From assembly GCA_963705165.1 (NCBI GenBank), contig CAVPJD010000010.1, forward strand, positions 1-53,669: a DNA stretch of 53,669 nucleotides, in the 5' to 3' direction. This document shows, in pieces, positions 18,956 through 27,712 of this stretch (positions within the stretch are counted from its first letter, which is position 1; each line of letters begins with the position of its first letter). Both the position numbers and the translations under genes were made by a program. The notes beneath the pieces were generated by a model that worked only from the letters and a program-made list of their open reading frames with translations, searched no databases and was not told where the DNA came from. The DNA comes from an uncultured delta proteobacterium (lineage in GTDB: Bacteria; Desulfobacterota; Syntrophia; Syntrophales; UBA2192).

Positions 18956-19750
18956 ATGCCAAAAATTCTTTTCTGCGGCAAAGGTGGCAGCGGGAAGAGC
19001 ACACTGCTTTCCCTTCTCGCGCTTTTTCTGAGTGAACATCATGACGTTCTCGTCATCGATGCCGACGAGTCCAATCCGGGCCTGGCCCGGATGACGGGCT
19101 TGGATGCGCCCCGGCAGACGCTCATGGAGAACCTGGGCGGCAAGGCGGCTTTTCGCCGATTGATGGGAAAAAAAACGGCCGCCCTCGAGGAGAAGGATCC
19201 CCTGGGCGGCGCGCTTCGCTCGATGGCAGCTCTGCCCCCATCTGCTGCCAGCCGCTCGGGCCGGCTGACCCTCGTATCTGTCGGCAAGATCGAGCACGCC
19301 CACGAGGGATGTGCCTGCCCCATGGGGGTGCTCGCCCGGAACTTCATCAGCCACATCTCCCTCGGGCCGGGCCAATGGGTCCTTGTCGACACCGAGGCCG
19401 GCGTGGAACACTTCGGCAGGGGTATCCTGGAGGGAGTGGATGCCGTCGTGGCGGTCGCCGACCCGTCGTACGATGCGGTCATGCTCATGGGTAAGATCAA
19501 GGCGATGGCCGATGAGGGCGGCAAGAGGCTTTGCGTTGTTCTGAACAAAACGGACGGCGACACGGAGCCTCTCATGCGGACCCGCCTCGAGGGCCAGGGA
19601 ATCCGGATCGCGGCGACACTTCCTCAGTCCCGGGACATCACTGCGGCTAATCTCCGGGCCCTTCCGCTTGCTGTGAATCCCTTCCGGAAGAATCTAAGGG
19701 CCCTGCTGGAGGCCCTGGAAACCCAGGCCCGGCAAGCCAATACCCCGTAG
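18956..19750 (+). CDS. cooC: CooC/AcsF-like nickel-insertion ATPase
   Basis: GKGGSGKS, DADESN, EGCACP, DTEAGVEHFGRG. Confidence 0.85.
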   Translation: MPKILFCGKGGSGKSTLLSLLALFLSEHHDVLVIDADESNPGLARMTGLDAPRQTLMENLGGKAAFRRLMGKKTAALEEKDPLGGALRSMAALPPSAASRSGRLTLVSVGKIEHAHEGCACPMGVLARNFISHISLGPGQWVLVDTEAGVEHFGRGILEGVDAVVAVADPSYDAVMLMGKIKAMADEGGKRLCVVLNKTDGDTEPLMRTRLEGQGIRIAATLPQSRDITAANLRALPLAVNPFRKNLRALLEALETQARQANTP

Positions 19751-19781
19751 CATAAATTTTCATTTCGTATGTTTATACCGG

Positions 19782-19827
19782 TTGACAGAAAAACCCGAAT
19801 TTGCTACGAACTGTTGAAACGTAACAC
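19782..19827 (+). promoter_or_regulatory. nikM promoter with NikR box
   Basis: TTGACA-17 nt-TACGAA overlapped by TTGCTAC-N13-GTAACAC (19801-19827). Confidence 0.8.
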
Positions 19828-19919
19828 CGCTGGTTTTTCTGTTCCAAAGGGCGAGGCCCTCTATTTTTTTCCGTATGCAGTAGCACGAGTTCGAAAACGG
19901 TGGCATCGAAGGACATCCC

Positions 19920-20612
19920 ATGCACATCCCCGACGGCTTTCTCTCGACGACGACGTGGGTCTCCGCCTGGGCCGTTTCGGCGGGTGGGCTGGGCTGCTGC
20001 GTAAGGCAGGCGGGCCGTGCGATGAAGGACCGGATGGTGCCGCTCATGGGGGTGTTGTCCGCCTTTATCTTTGCCGCCCAGATGATCAACTTTCCCGTCA
20101 TGGGCGGGACCTCGGGCCATCTGCTCGGCGGGGTACTTGCCGCCGTTCTGCTCGGGCCCTGGGCGGCGGCGGTGGTCATCGCCTGTGTGCTCATCTTCCA
20201 GTGCCTCGTCTTCCAGGACGGGGGGCTCACGGCCCTGGGGGCCAATATTCTCAACATGGCCCTGGTGGGGACACTCGGCGGCTATTTCATCTACCGTGTC
20301 ATGACAAGGCTGTTGGGGGGCCGAAAGGGGATCGTGACGGGCGCCATGGCTGCCGCCTGGTTCTCCGTTGTAGCAGCCGCATCGCTGTGCGCCGTGCAAC
20401 TGGCCCTGTCGGGTACCTCGCCGCTTGGGCTCGTGTTGCCGGCCATGGCCGCCGTCCACGCCGTCATCGGGATCGGCGAGGGAATGATCACGGGCCTGAT
20501 CGTGGGCTTCATCCTCAAGACAAGGCCGGATCTGATCTATAAGGGGCAGGGTATAGGGTACAGGGTCTCGGGTATCGTGCCGGAAGCGGCAGAGCCGCTA
20601 AAGGAGATGTGA
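19920..20612 (+). CDS. nikM: ECF nickel transporter substrate-binding component NikM
   Basis: N-terminal MHIPDGFL, GTSGHLLGG, DGGLTALGAN, HAVIGIGEG. Confidence 0.9.
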   Translation: MHIPDGFLSTTTWVSAWAVSAGGLGCCVRQAGRAMKDRMVPLMGVLSAFIFAAQMINFPVMGGTSGHLLGGVLAAVLLGPWAAAVVIACVLIFQCLVFQDGGLTALGANILNMALVGTLGGYFIYRVMTRLLGGRKGIVTGAMAAAWFSVVAAASLCAVQLALSGTSPLGLVLPAMAAVHAVIGIGEGMITGLIVGFILKTRPDLIYKGQGIGYRVSGIVPEAAEPLKEM

Positions 20613-20905
20613 GATTGGGAAAGCGCGACACCTTCATCGGTCTGGCTGTGGCACTGGCAATAGCCCTGCTGTTGTCGCCCTTTGCCTCTTCCTGGCCCGA
20701 CGGTCTCGAGAGGGTGGCGAAGGATCTCGGGTTTATCGAGAAGGGGGAAGGGGCGGAGGTACTGAAGGCCCCCATCCCCGATTACAAGTTCCCGGGGCTG
20801 GACAGCGAGGGATTCTCCACGGCGCTCTCCGGTACGCTCGGGACGCTCGCCATGTTCGGCATCGGCTTCGGGGTGGCCCGCCTGATGCGAAGAAAGGGAC
20901 GATGA
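20609..20905 (+). CDS. nikN: NikN (PDGLE domain) ECF component
   Basis: ASSWPDGLERVA, APIPDY, two TM helices; GTGA overlap with nikM. Confidence 0.88.
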   Translation: MRLGKRDTFIGLAVALAIALLLSPFASSWPDGLERVAKDLGFIEKGEGAEVLKAPIPDYKFPGLDSEGFSTALSGTLGTLAMFGIGFGVARLMRRKGR

Positions 20906-20906
20906 G

Positions 20907-21797
20907 ATGGAGCACGGTTTTCTCGACGAGATGAGCTGCGTTCAAAGCCCGATCCGCCGCCTGGATCCGCGCATCAAGGTGCTCGGCTTTGTCGCGCTGC
21001 TCATTTCCATCGTCCTGACCCCGAGCGTGTCGCCGGCTCCTTTTGTTCTCTACGGCGCAATCCTTGCCGTCCTCATCGCGGTGTCCCGGCTTCCCGTGGC
21101 ACACGTCCTGGAGCGCTCCCTCATCATCCTGCCCTTTGCCCTCATGACGGCCCTCTTCATCCCCTTTCTGAAGGGCGCCGACGTGGTCTGGTCTTTCGAC
21201 GCAGGCCCGCTGCAGATCGTGCTCACCCGGGAAGGGCTCGAGACGTTTTTCGCCATCGCGGTGAAATCCTTCCTCTCGATTGTCTGCGTCGTCCTCCTGA
21301 CGGCAACGACAGGCTTTCCCGAGCTCCTGAAGGCCATGGAGCGGCTGCGCTGCCCCGGCCTCATCATCATGATCCTCTCCTTCATGTACCGCTACCTCTT
21401 CGTCGTACAGGACGAGTTCATGAAGATGAGGCTCGCCAAGGAGGCCCGGTCCGCCGGCCGGTCCCGCCGGATGGACTGGAAGGCCCTGGCGGGTATGGTA
21501 GGGGTCCTTTTTGTGCGCTCCTACGAGAGGGCCGAGGCCGTCTATCTTGCCATGTGCTCCAGGGGCTACAGCGGGCGGATCATCGTAAGCCATGACTTCC
21601 AAATGAAAAGGGCCGATGCGGCTTTTGCGATCCTCATGGTCGTCATCGCTTGTCGGAATCAACCTGCTTGCGCGGTAATGGGGTCATCTCACCCTGCGGG
21701 GGTTTTTGCGTGCTTTTCGCGAGGGGAACATCGGTTGTCGAAATCAAAGACCTTCGCTTTGCCTACCCGGACGGGACCCGGGCTCTCAACGGAGTGA
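20907..21797 (+). CDS. nikQ: ECF transmembrane component NikQ/CbiQ (3' end probably frameshifted near 21645)
   Basis: LDPRIK, MYRYLF, RSYERAEAVYLAMCSRGY; abnormal tail overlaps nikO. Confidence 0.85.
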   Translation: MEHGFLDEMSCVQSPIRRLDPRIKVLGFVALLISIVLTPSVSPAPFVLYGAILAVLIAVSRLPVAHVLERSLIILPFALMTALFIPFLKGADVVWSFDAGPLQIVLTREGLETFFAIAVKSFLSIVCVVLLTATTGFPELLKAMERLRCPGLIIMILSFMYRYLFVVQDEFMKMRLAKEARSAGRSRRMDWKALAGMVGVLFVRSYERAEAVYLAMCSRGYSGRIIVSHDFQMKRADAAFAILMVVIACRNQPACAVMGSSHPAGVFACFSRGEHRLSKSKTFALPTRTGPGLSTE

Positions 21798-22447
21798 CCC
21801 TCGAGGTCGGAAAGGGCGAGGCTCTCGGGCTCATCGGCTCCAACGGCGCGGGGAAGTCCACGCTGCTTCTTCATCTCAACGGGATTCTCCGGGGAGAGGG
21901 ACAGGTGCGCATCCTCGGGGTGGAGGTCACGGAAAAGAACGCGCCGCAACTGCGGAGTCGCGTGGGCATAGTCTTCCAGGACCCCGAGAACCAGCTCTTC
22001 ATGCCCACCGTCTATGACGACGTCGGTTTCGGTCCCCTGCATCTGGGCCGGGGGAAAGCCGAGGTGGACGATTCGGTCCGCCGGGCCCTTGAGGCCGTGG
22101 ACATGCTCGGTTTTATCCAGCGTACTCCCCACCACCTGAGCATCGGCGAGAAGAAGCGTATCGCCATCGCCACGGTCCTCTCGATGGATCCGGAGATACT
22201 GGTTCTCGACGAGCCGTCGAGCAACCTGGACCCCCGCCATCGCCGCGAACTGATGGAGCTCCTGGGGAGGCTGCCCATGACCAAGATCATCGCCTCCCAT
22301 GATCTCGATTTCATCTCCCGGACCTGCACGCGCGTGGCCCTTCTCGACGCGGGATCGGTCATGGCTGCGGGGGGCGTCACGGAGATCCTCGGCGACCGAA
22401 CGCTGATGGAGCGATTTGGCATGCTCGAGCCGGGCGAAACGGTATAG
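21710..22447 (+). CDS. nikO: ECF ATPase NikO/CbiO
   Basis: GSNGAGKST, VFQDPENQLF, LSIGEKKR, LDEP; GTG start at 21710 chosen. Confidence 0.9.
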   Translation: MLFARGTSVVEIKDLRFAYPDGTRALNGVTLEVGKGEALGLIGSNGAGKSTLLLHLNGILRGEGQVRILGVEVTEKNAPQLRSRVGIVFQDPENQLFMPTVYDDVGFGPLHLGRGKAEVDDSVRRALEAVDMLGFIQRTPHHLSIGEKKRIAIATVLSMDPEILVLDEPSSNLDPRHRRELMELLGRLPMTKIIASHDLDFISRTCTRVALLDAGSVMAAGGVTEILGDRTLMERFGMLEPGETV

Positions 22448-22520
22448 GCAAGGCGACGGCGCAGGCATCCAACAGGAAAAGACCGGTCGGGGGATGCGCT
22501 GTACAGGCCACAAGGACGGC

Positions 22521-23270
22521 TTATTTCAGCCTGTTGATCATGCTTGCAAGGTATCCGGCGCCAAAACCATTGTCGATATTGACGACACAAACCCCGCTTG
22601 CACAACTGTTGAGCATGGTCAGCAGGGCTGAGAGCCCGTTGAAGCTTGCCCCGTAACCCACACTGGTCGGCACTGCGATGACGGGCTTGTCAACGAGCCC
22701 CCCGATGATGCTGGGAAGGGCGCCTTCCATCCCTGCAACGGCAATAACGACTTTGGCCCCCCGGATTCCATCGAGATTGTGAAACAGCCGATGGATCCCC
22801 GCCACGCCGACATCGACAATCCGTTCAACGCGATTTCCAAAGAGCTCTGCCGTGACGGCGGCCTCCTCGGCCACGGGCAGATCCGATGTGCCCGCCGTGA
22901 CGATGGCGATATACGTATCGGGTGCCGGAAGGTCTTTCTTCTTGATCGTAATCGTCTTTGCCAGTGGGTGATAGATCGCCTCGGGACAGAATTCCCTGAT
23001 CGTATCGTACAATTCCTGGCGGGCTCTCGTTGCCAGGATATTCGACTCTCTCTGCAGCATCGCACGGACGATCGTTGCAAACTGATCCGTCGTTTTTCCG
23101 GGGCAGAAGATCACCTCGGGGTAGCCCACCCGCGATTCCCGATGCGTATCGATTTTTGCGCACCCGACATCCAGGTATTGCAAATCCCTCAGCAGGGAGA
23201 TCCCCTCGTCGACGCTCACCTGGCCGCTTCTGATCTTTTCGAGAAACCCCTTCAATTCGTCTCTGTCCAT
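22521..23270 (-). CDS. larB: Nickel-pincer cofactor biosynthesis carboxylase/hydrolase LarB
   Basis: IDTHRESRVGYPEVIF, AGTSDLPVAEEA, DVGVAGIHRL, VPTSVGYG, VVNIDNGFGAG. Confidence 0.93.
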   Translation of the reverse strand: MDRDELKGFLEKIRSGQVSVDEGISLLRDLQYLDVGCAKIDTHRESRVGYPEVIFCPGKTTDQFATIVRAMLQRESNILATRARQELYDTIREFCPEAIYHPLAKTITIKKKDLPAPDTYIAIVTAGTSDLPVAEEAAVTAELFGNRVERIVDVGVAGIHRLFHNLDGIRGAKVVIAVAGMEGALPSIIGGLVDKPVIAVPTSVGYGASFNGLSALLTMLNSCASGVCVVNIDNGFGAGYLASMINRLK

Positions 23271-23293
23271 TTGTGATTCCGTGTTTCCTTCCC

Positions 23294-24145
23294 TTACTTT
23301 TTCCCGGTATCGATGACCTCGTTCATGCTTCCGGTCCTGTAGCCTTTCAGATCCAATGCCACATAGGCAAATCCGAACTGCCTGAATTTCTCATGAATCC
23401 TGTCCATCAGGTCGGTGTCGAAAAATTTCCGGCGCTCTTCTGCCGACACTTCGATCCTGGCCATGTCGCCGTGATGACGGACCCTCACCTGCCTGAACCC
23501 CGAATCCATGAGGAACTGCTCCGTCTTGTCGATGACCTCGAGTTTCTCCCTCGTGATTTTCTGCCCGTAGGGGAACCTTGAAGAAAGGCACGCGAAGGCC
23601 GGCTTGTCCCACGTCGGCAGATTCATCTCTTTCGATAGAATCCGTATGTCGTTCTTTCCCAGCCCCGCTTCCTTCAGCGGGCAGACGACGCCCAGTTCCA
23701 TGACAGCTCTCATGCCGGGCCGGTAATCGCCTAGATCGTCGATGTTCGAGCCGTCGGCGACGTATTTCAAACCATGTTGTTTTGCGACATCCAGGATTTT
23801 CGTGAACAGCTCCCGCTTGCAGAAGTAGCACCGGTCGACCGGGTTATCGGAGAAGCCTTCTATATCGAGCTCCTCCGACACGATCACCCTGTGCCTGACC
23901 CCGATCCTCTGAGCAAAATCCGTCGCCTCGCGGAACTCCCGTTCCGGATAGGTCGATGAGCGTGCCGTGACCGCGATGACGTTTGCATCGAGCACTTCGT
24001 GGGCCACCTTCAGAAGGAACGTGCTGTCGACCCCGCCCGAATACGCCACGGCGAGGCTTCCCATCTGCCGGATGCTTTCCTTCAGATTCTCCAGTTTGGC
24101 TCGAGGCTCCATGCTCACAGTCCCAATCGAATAACTCTCAGACAT
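23294..24145 (-). CDS. larE: Nickel-pincer cofactor sulfur transferase LarE
   Basis: AYSGGVDS PP-loop, RCYFCK, DYRPG, ACLSSRFPYG, GYRTGSMN. Confidence 0.93.
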   Translation of the reverse strand: MSESYSIGTVSMEPRAKLENLKESIRQMGSLAVAYSGGVDSTFLLKVAHEVLDANVIAVTARSSTYPEREFREATDFAQRIGVRHRVIVSEELDIEGFSDNPVDRCYFCKRELFTKILDVAKQHGLKYVADGSNIDDLGDYRPGMRAVMELGVVCPLKEAGLGKNDIRILSKEMNLPTWDKPAFACLSSRFPYGQKITREKLEVIDKTEQFLMDSGFRQVRVRHHGDMARIEVSAEERRKFFDTDLMDRIHEKFRQFGFAYVALDLKGYRTGSMNEVIDTGKK

Positions 24146-25334
24146 CCCCGGACAGCAGGCTGTCGTATATTGCTTTTATACTGACCCCTTTTTCCTGGGC
24201 AAGCCGTTTGGCGTCTTCATATTCAAGCTTCCATTTGATCCGCTCGCCCCGGAGATAGGCGTTTTTGACGCAGAGGTCGCCATATTTCGTCTTCACCGTT
24301 GAGACATCCCTTCTCAGGATGAGTTTTTCAATCTTGTTCACCCTCAGGCCAAACGTGCTCGTCTGCAGCCAGAGCACCTCCTCGATGCCTCTCCGATGCT
24401 CGGCGTCGCAGAGGATGCTGATTTTCACCGCCGGTCTCGACTTTTTCATGATGATGGGCGTAAGGTACACATCCAGTGCCCCTTTTTCAAAGAGCCGCTC
24501 CACAATGCCTTCGTAGAGCTCCGGGTTCATGTCGTCGATATTGCATTCCATCAGGCAGGCCTCTTTCACCTCGACATCGAGATCCTGCTTCTCGTCATCC
24601 ATTTCGCCAAGGAACACTCTCAGGACGTTCGGGACGTCCGTGTCTCTCTGACCGATTCCATAACCGATTTTCAGCGGGGTGAAATCGACGCGCTCCGCGA
24701 AGCGCCTGGCCGTTGCTGCCAGGATCGCCGCCCCGGTGGGCGTCGTGGTCTCGAAAGGCACAAGGCCTGACCGGATCGGGATTCCCGTGAGTATTTCAGC
24801 TGTAGCCGGAGCCGGAACGGGCAGCATGCCATGGGCGCATTTGACAAATCCCCCCCCGACCTGGACAGGGGAGGATAGGATCTGATCCACTTTCAGATAA
24901 TCGAAGCAGATCGCGGCCCCGACGACATCCACAATGGAGTCGATCGCCCCCACTTCATGAAAATGGACCTCGTCGATGGAGTGACCGTGGATCTTTGCCT
25001 CGGCCCGGGCAATTTTTACGAAGATATTGAGGCTTGTGCTCTTGACCCTCTCGGAAAAATTGCTTTTCTCTATCAGCCCGGCAATATCCTTGAACGACCG
25101 GTGCCCATGACCGTGTGCTGCAGGCGCGCCCTCTCCGGAGGGGAGGATCACGTCGACCTTTGTGCCGAAAATGCCACGCCGCTGGTCTCTTTTCACCTGG
25201 ATCTCGTAGGAGCCGATTTCGATCTTCCGCAATTCTTCTCTGAGAACCTCCGGATCGACACCGAGATCGATCATGGCGCCGAGATTCATATCGCCGCTGA
25301 TGCCGGCAAAACAATCGTAGTATAGGATTTTCAC
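24138..25334 (-). CDS. larC: Nickel-pincer cofactor nickel insertase LarC
   Basis: DCFAGISGDM, HGHGHR, VHFHEVGAIDSIVD, AHGMLPVPAPAT, TPTGAA, ECNIDD. Confidence 0.94.
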   Translation of the reverse strand: MKILYYDCFAGISGDMNLGAMIDLGVDPEVLREELRKIEIGSYEIQVKRDQRRGIFGTKVDVILPSGEGAPAAHGHGHRSFKDIAGLIEKSNFSERVKSTSLNIFVKIARAEAKIHGHSIDEVHFHEVGAIDSIVDVVGAAICFDYLKVDQILSSPVQVGGGFVKCAHGMLPVPAPATAEILTGIPIRSGLVPFETTTPTGAAILAATARRFAERVDFTPLKIGYGIGQRDTDVPNVLRVFLGEMDDEKQDLDVEVKEACLMECNIDDMNPELYEGIVERLFEKGALDVYLTPIIMKKSRPAVKISILCDAEHRRGIEEVLWLQTSTFGLRVNKIEKLILRRDVSTVKTKYGDLCVKNAYLRGERIKWKLEYEDAKRLAQEKGVSIKAIYDSLLSGDV

Positions 25335-25360
25335 GATTCATTCCCCCATGATGAATGGAA

Positions 25361-25389
25361 ATACTAACAGAACATTCCCGACGCGACAA
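25361..25389 (-). promoter_or_regulatory. Putative sigma70 promoter of larCEB
   Basis: TTGTCG-17 nt-TAGTAT with TGn extension, 26 nt upstream of the larC GTG. Confidence 0.45.
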
Positions 25390-25491
25390 CGTTTAAAGAG
25401 CAGGCTATCTGCGCAAAAGTTGGTGTCAGGAAAGCCCGAGTCCGGGCGGAGGCTTTTTTAGCGGTCGGGGTGTCGATTTGAAAGGAAAAAA

Positions 25492-25514
25492 TGAAGCGGG
25501 CGATGGGAATCGAA
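25492..25514 (-). other. tRNA-Gly 3'-end fragment (att-like site)
   Basis: Minus strand TTCGATTCCCATCGCCCGCTTCA resembles T-loop to acceptor end of tRNA-Gly; no 5' half upstream. Confidence 0.6.
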
Positions 25515-25701
25515 AACAACGCCCATCAAGGGTGGAGGGCCTTTTCGGCTCTTATCTGACCGGCGCATTCATCTGGATCCCAATTCAACCCTTGTGCGAG
25601 TTTTCAGATGGAATCGGATCAAGGAAGAAAAATTACGAGTTGTAAGTAAGGATGGCGATGCGATCCGTCCCTCCGGCAGGGGGTCCCGGTACTTGACGGA
25701 C

Positions 25702-25910
25702 TGACCTGCCCCCCCCAGAAACCGGTCCAGTCCTTATGGTAGTATAGGAGCATAAGATTGGGCCATAAGGGAGGCCCGGATGAGTCGGAAGCGGTTTATC
25801 CCGAAGCAGATCATCGAGATTCTGCCGGAAGCGGAAATGAACGTCTCCCAAGGCAGGCGCGTGGAGCAGCTCCACCGGGAGTTGTGCATGACGCAGCAGA
25901 CCTGTAGTCC
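25702..25910 (+). mobile_element. IS3-family remnant (left IR plus decayed orfA)
   Basis: TGACCTGCCCCC terminal motif at 25702; ORF at 25780 MSRKRFIPKQIIEILPEAEMNVSQGRRVEQLHRELCMTQQT resembles an IS3 OrfA HTH; no DDE orfB. Confidence 0.75.
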
Positions 25911-26229
25911 GGCACAGTTAAAGCAGATTTTCCTGTATGGAAAGAAGTCGCGTAAGACCTTAAACCACTTCATCAAAGTGCAGGGATTAGGTTTCTGCAG
26001 CACCGCTGGTTTCGTATGGGAATAGTGCACAAACCGCTGAGTTGAGCGGTGCCCAACAGAGCGCAACGATGTGTCCGTCCCCTTCAATGGGGGTTGTTAC
26101 CACGTATCGTGAAGAGACTTGCACTGTGAGAAAAGCCCCTTGTCTTGCATTGCTCTCCTCTGTGTTTTTTATGGTCGAGTTGTTGAGAATCTCGTTTCGC
26201 GATATCCCCCACAGGGATTCCGGATGTAC

Positions 26230-26868
26230 CTACTTTTTTGCAATGATACTATAGAGTGCCGGCTCATCAATAAACACCTCGATACTCAAGTCTACTTTTT
26301 GCATCAATGCCCGCATCGCAGCCTCGTCAGGTAGATGGTCGTGCATGACGGCATGGCATGACTCGTGGTGTTTGTTTATCCCTTCCGAGGAGTCGAAATG
26401 CGACACGGCGAATATTCCGCCCGGTTTCAGGATGCGAGAAAGGGTCGTCATGGCTTTTTCCTTGTCATGAAGATGCGGAAAGCAAGAGAAACAGATAATC
26501 ACGTCGCAGGAGACGTCATCCAGCGGTACATTCTCCGCGTCCGCGAGGATGAATCGAATATTGTCCCCTTCATGCAATCTCCGATTCGTTTCGATCATCT
26601 TTTCTGCGTAGTCCAGCTCGTAGAGAATTCCGCTCGATGTGATACGCTCGAGAATGAAAGGAACGAGGACCCCCGTCCCGCATCCGACATCCAATACGTG
26701 GTCACCCGGCTTCAGCGGCAGAAGTGAGAATAGGCGCTCAAAATCCTTTTTATGCTTATCGTAGCGGCCGGTGGCGTGTTCTTTGTACCACATGTCTCGC
26801 CACTGATCGGCGTGCTCGTTGAAGAACTGCTTTCGTGCCCGATATATTTCATCTGGTGTCATGTTCAT
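26230..26868 (-). CDS. Class I SAM-dependent methyltransferase with His-rich C-terminus
   Basis: VLDVGCGTG, LDYAEKMI, ADAE, LKPGG; INKHHESCHAVMHDHLP. Confidence 0.88.
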   Translation of the reverse strand: MNMTPDEIYRARKQFFNEHADQWRDMWYKEHATGRYDKHKKDFERLFSLLPLKPGDHVLDVGCGTGVLVPFILERITSSGILYELDYAEKMIETNRRLHEGDNIRFILADAENVPLDDVSCDVIICFSCFPHLHDKEKAMTTLSRILKPGGIFAVSHFDSSEGINKHHESCHAVMHDHLPDEAAMRALMQKVDLSIEVFIDEPALYSIIAKK

Positions 26869-27712
26869 GGGATATGTTCCTTTTCTCGAGTTTTGCTGTG
26901 CGACGTTTTGGCGAAACAACGTATGCGACGGCAAAGATTGTTGTCGCCATGAGAACGACCGACGCGCCTGACGGAAGATCAAAAATATAGGATACGATGA
27001 GACCGGAAACACAGGCGCCGATCCCCGAAACCGCTGAAATGAGAAAAAAGTGTTTCAAATTGTACGTCAGCTGGAGTGCTGTGGCACCGGGTTGCACGAG
27101 CAAAGCAAAGATGAGCAGGCCGCCCACTGTTGCAAGGTTGGATGATACTACAGCCCCAGTGAGAAAGAGAAGCGCATAGTAAATCAACCGCTCAGGCACG
27201 CCGCTTGCTGCGGCAAGTCGTCTGTTGAAGAGGACGGCGCGAATCTCCTTGAAAAACGATACTATAAAAAGCACAAGGAGCGAGGTTACAAGCGTCAACA
27301 CCACAATGTCCGAGCCGGACAGCGACAGCAGGCTTCCCCACATCAAATTGAGGGCACTGGCCTTTGTCCTCGTGAGAATTCCCATGCCGAGAAATGCCAG
27401 TCCCATAAGAAATGAAAACATGATGCCGAGCACGTTCTCGGGGGCCAAATCTGTGCGATCCGCAAGCGGGCCGAGCACTCCCGCTAACAACAGACACAGT
27501 ATAAATCCGGATACAAATGGATCGATGTCAAGAATCATACCCAGTACAGCGCCGGCGAACGCAGCGTGCGACATCGAGACGCCTATCAGCGGCATTTTCA
27601 TCAAAACGATAAATACGGACAAGAGCGAACAGCTGGCACCGCACAGCACGCAGGCAATGGCGGCGCGCTGGATGGGCGGGTATGCGAGTACGTCGATCAA
27701 GTGCTCAGTCAT
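26849..27712 (-). CDS. Metal ABC transporter permease (ZnuB/MntB family)
   Basis: SMSHAAFAG, LMWGSLL, VGGLLIFALLVQPG, DLPSGASVV. Confidence 0.9.
   Translation of the reverse strand: MTEHLIDVLAYPPIQRAAIACVLCGASCSLLSVFIVLMKMPLIGVSMSHAAFAGAVLGMILDIDPFVSGFILCLLLAGVLGPLADRTDLAPENVLGIMFSFLMGLAFLGMGILTRTKASALNLMWGSLLSLSGSDIVVLTLVTSLLVLFIVSFFKEIRAVLFNRRLAAASGVPERLIYYALLFLTGAVVSSNLATVGGLLIFALLVQPGATALQLTYNLKHFFLISAVSGIGACVSGLIVSYIFDLPSGASVVLMATTIFAVAYVVSPKRRTAKLEKRNISHEHDTR

Noticed and set aside
25492..25514. Intact tRNA gene
   Set aside because: Only the T-loop to acceptor end is present, CCA reads TCA, and there is no D or anticodon arm
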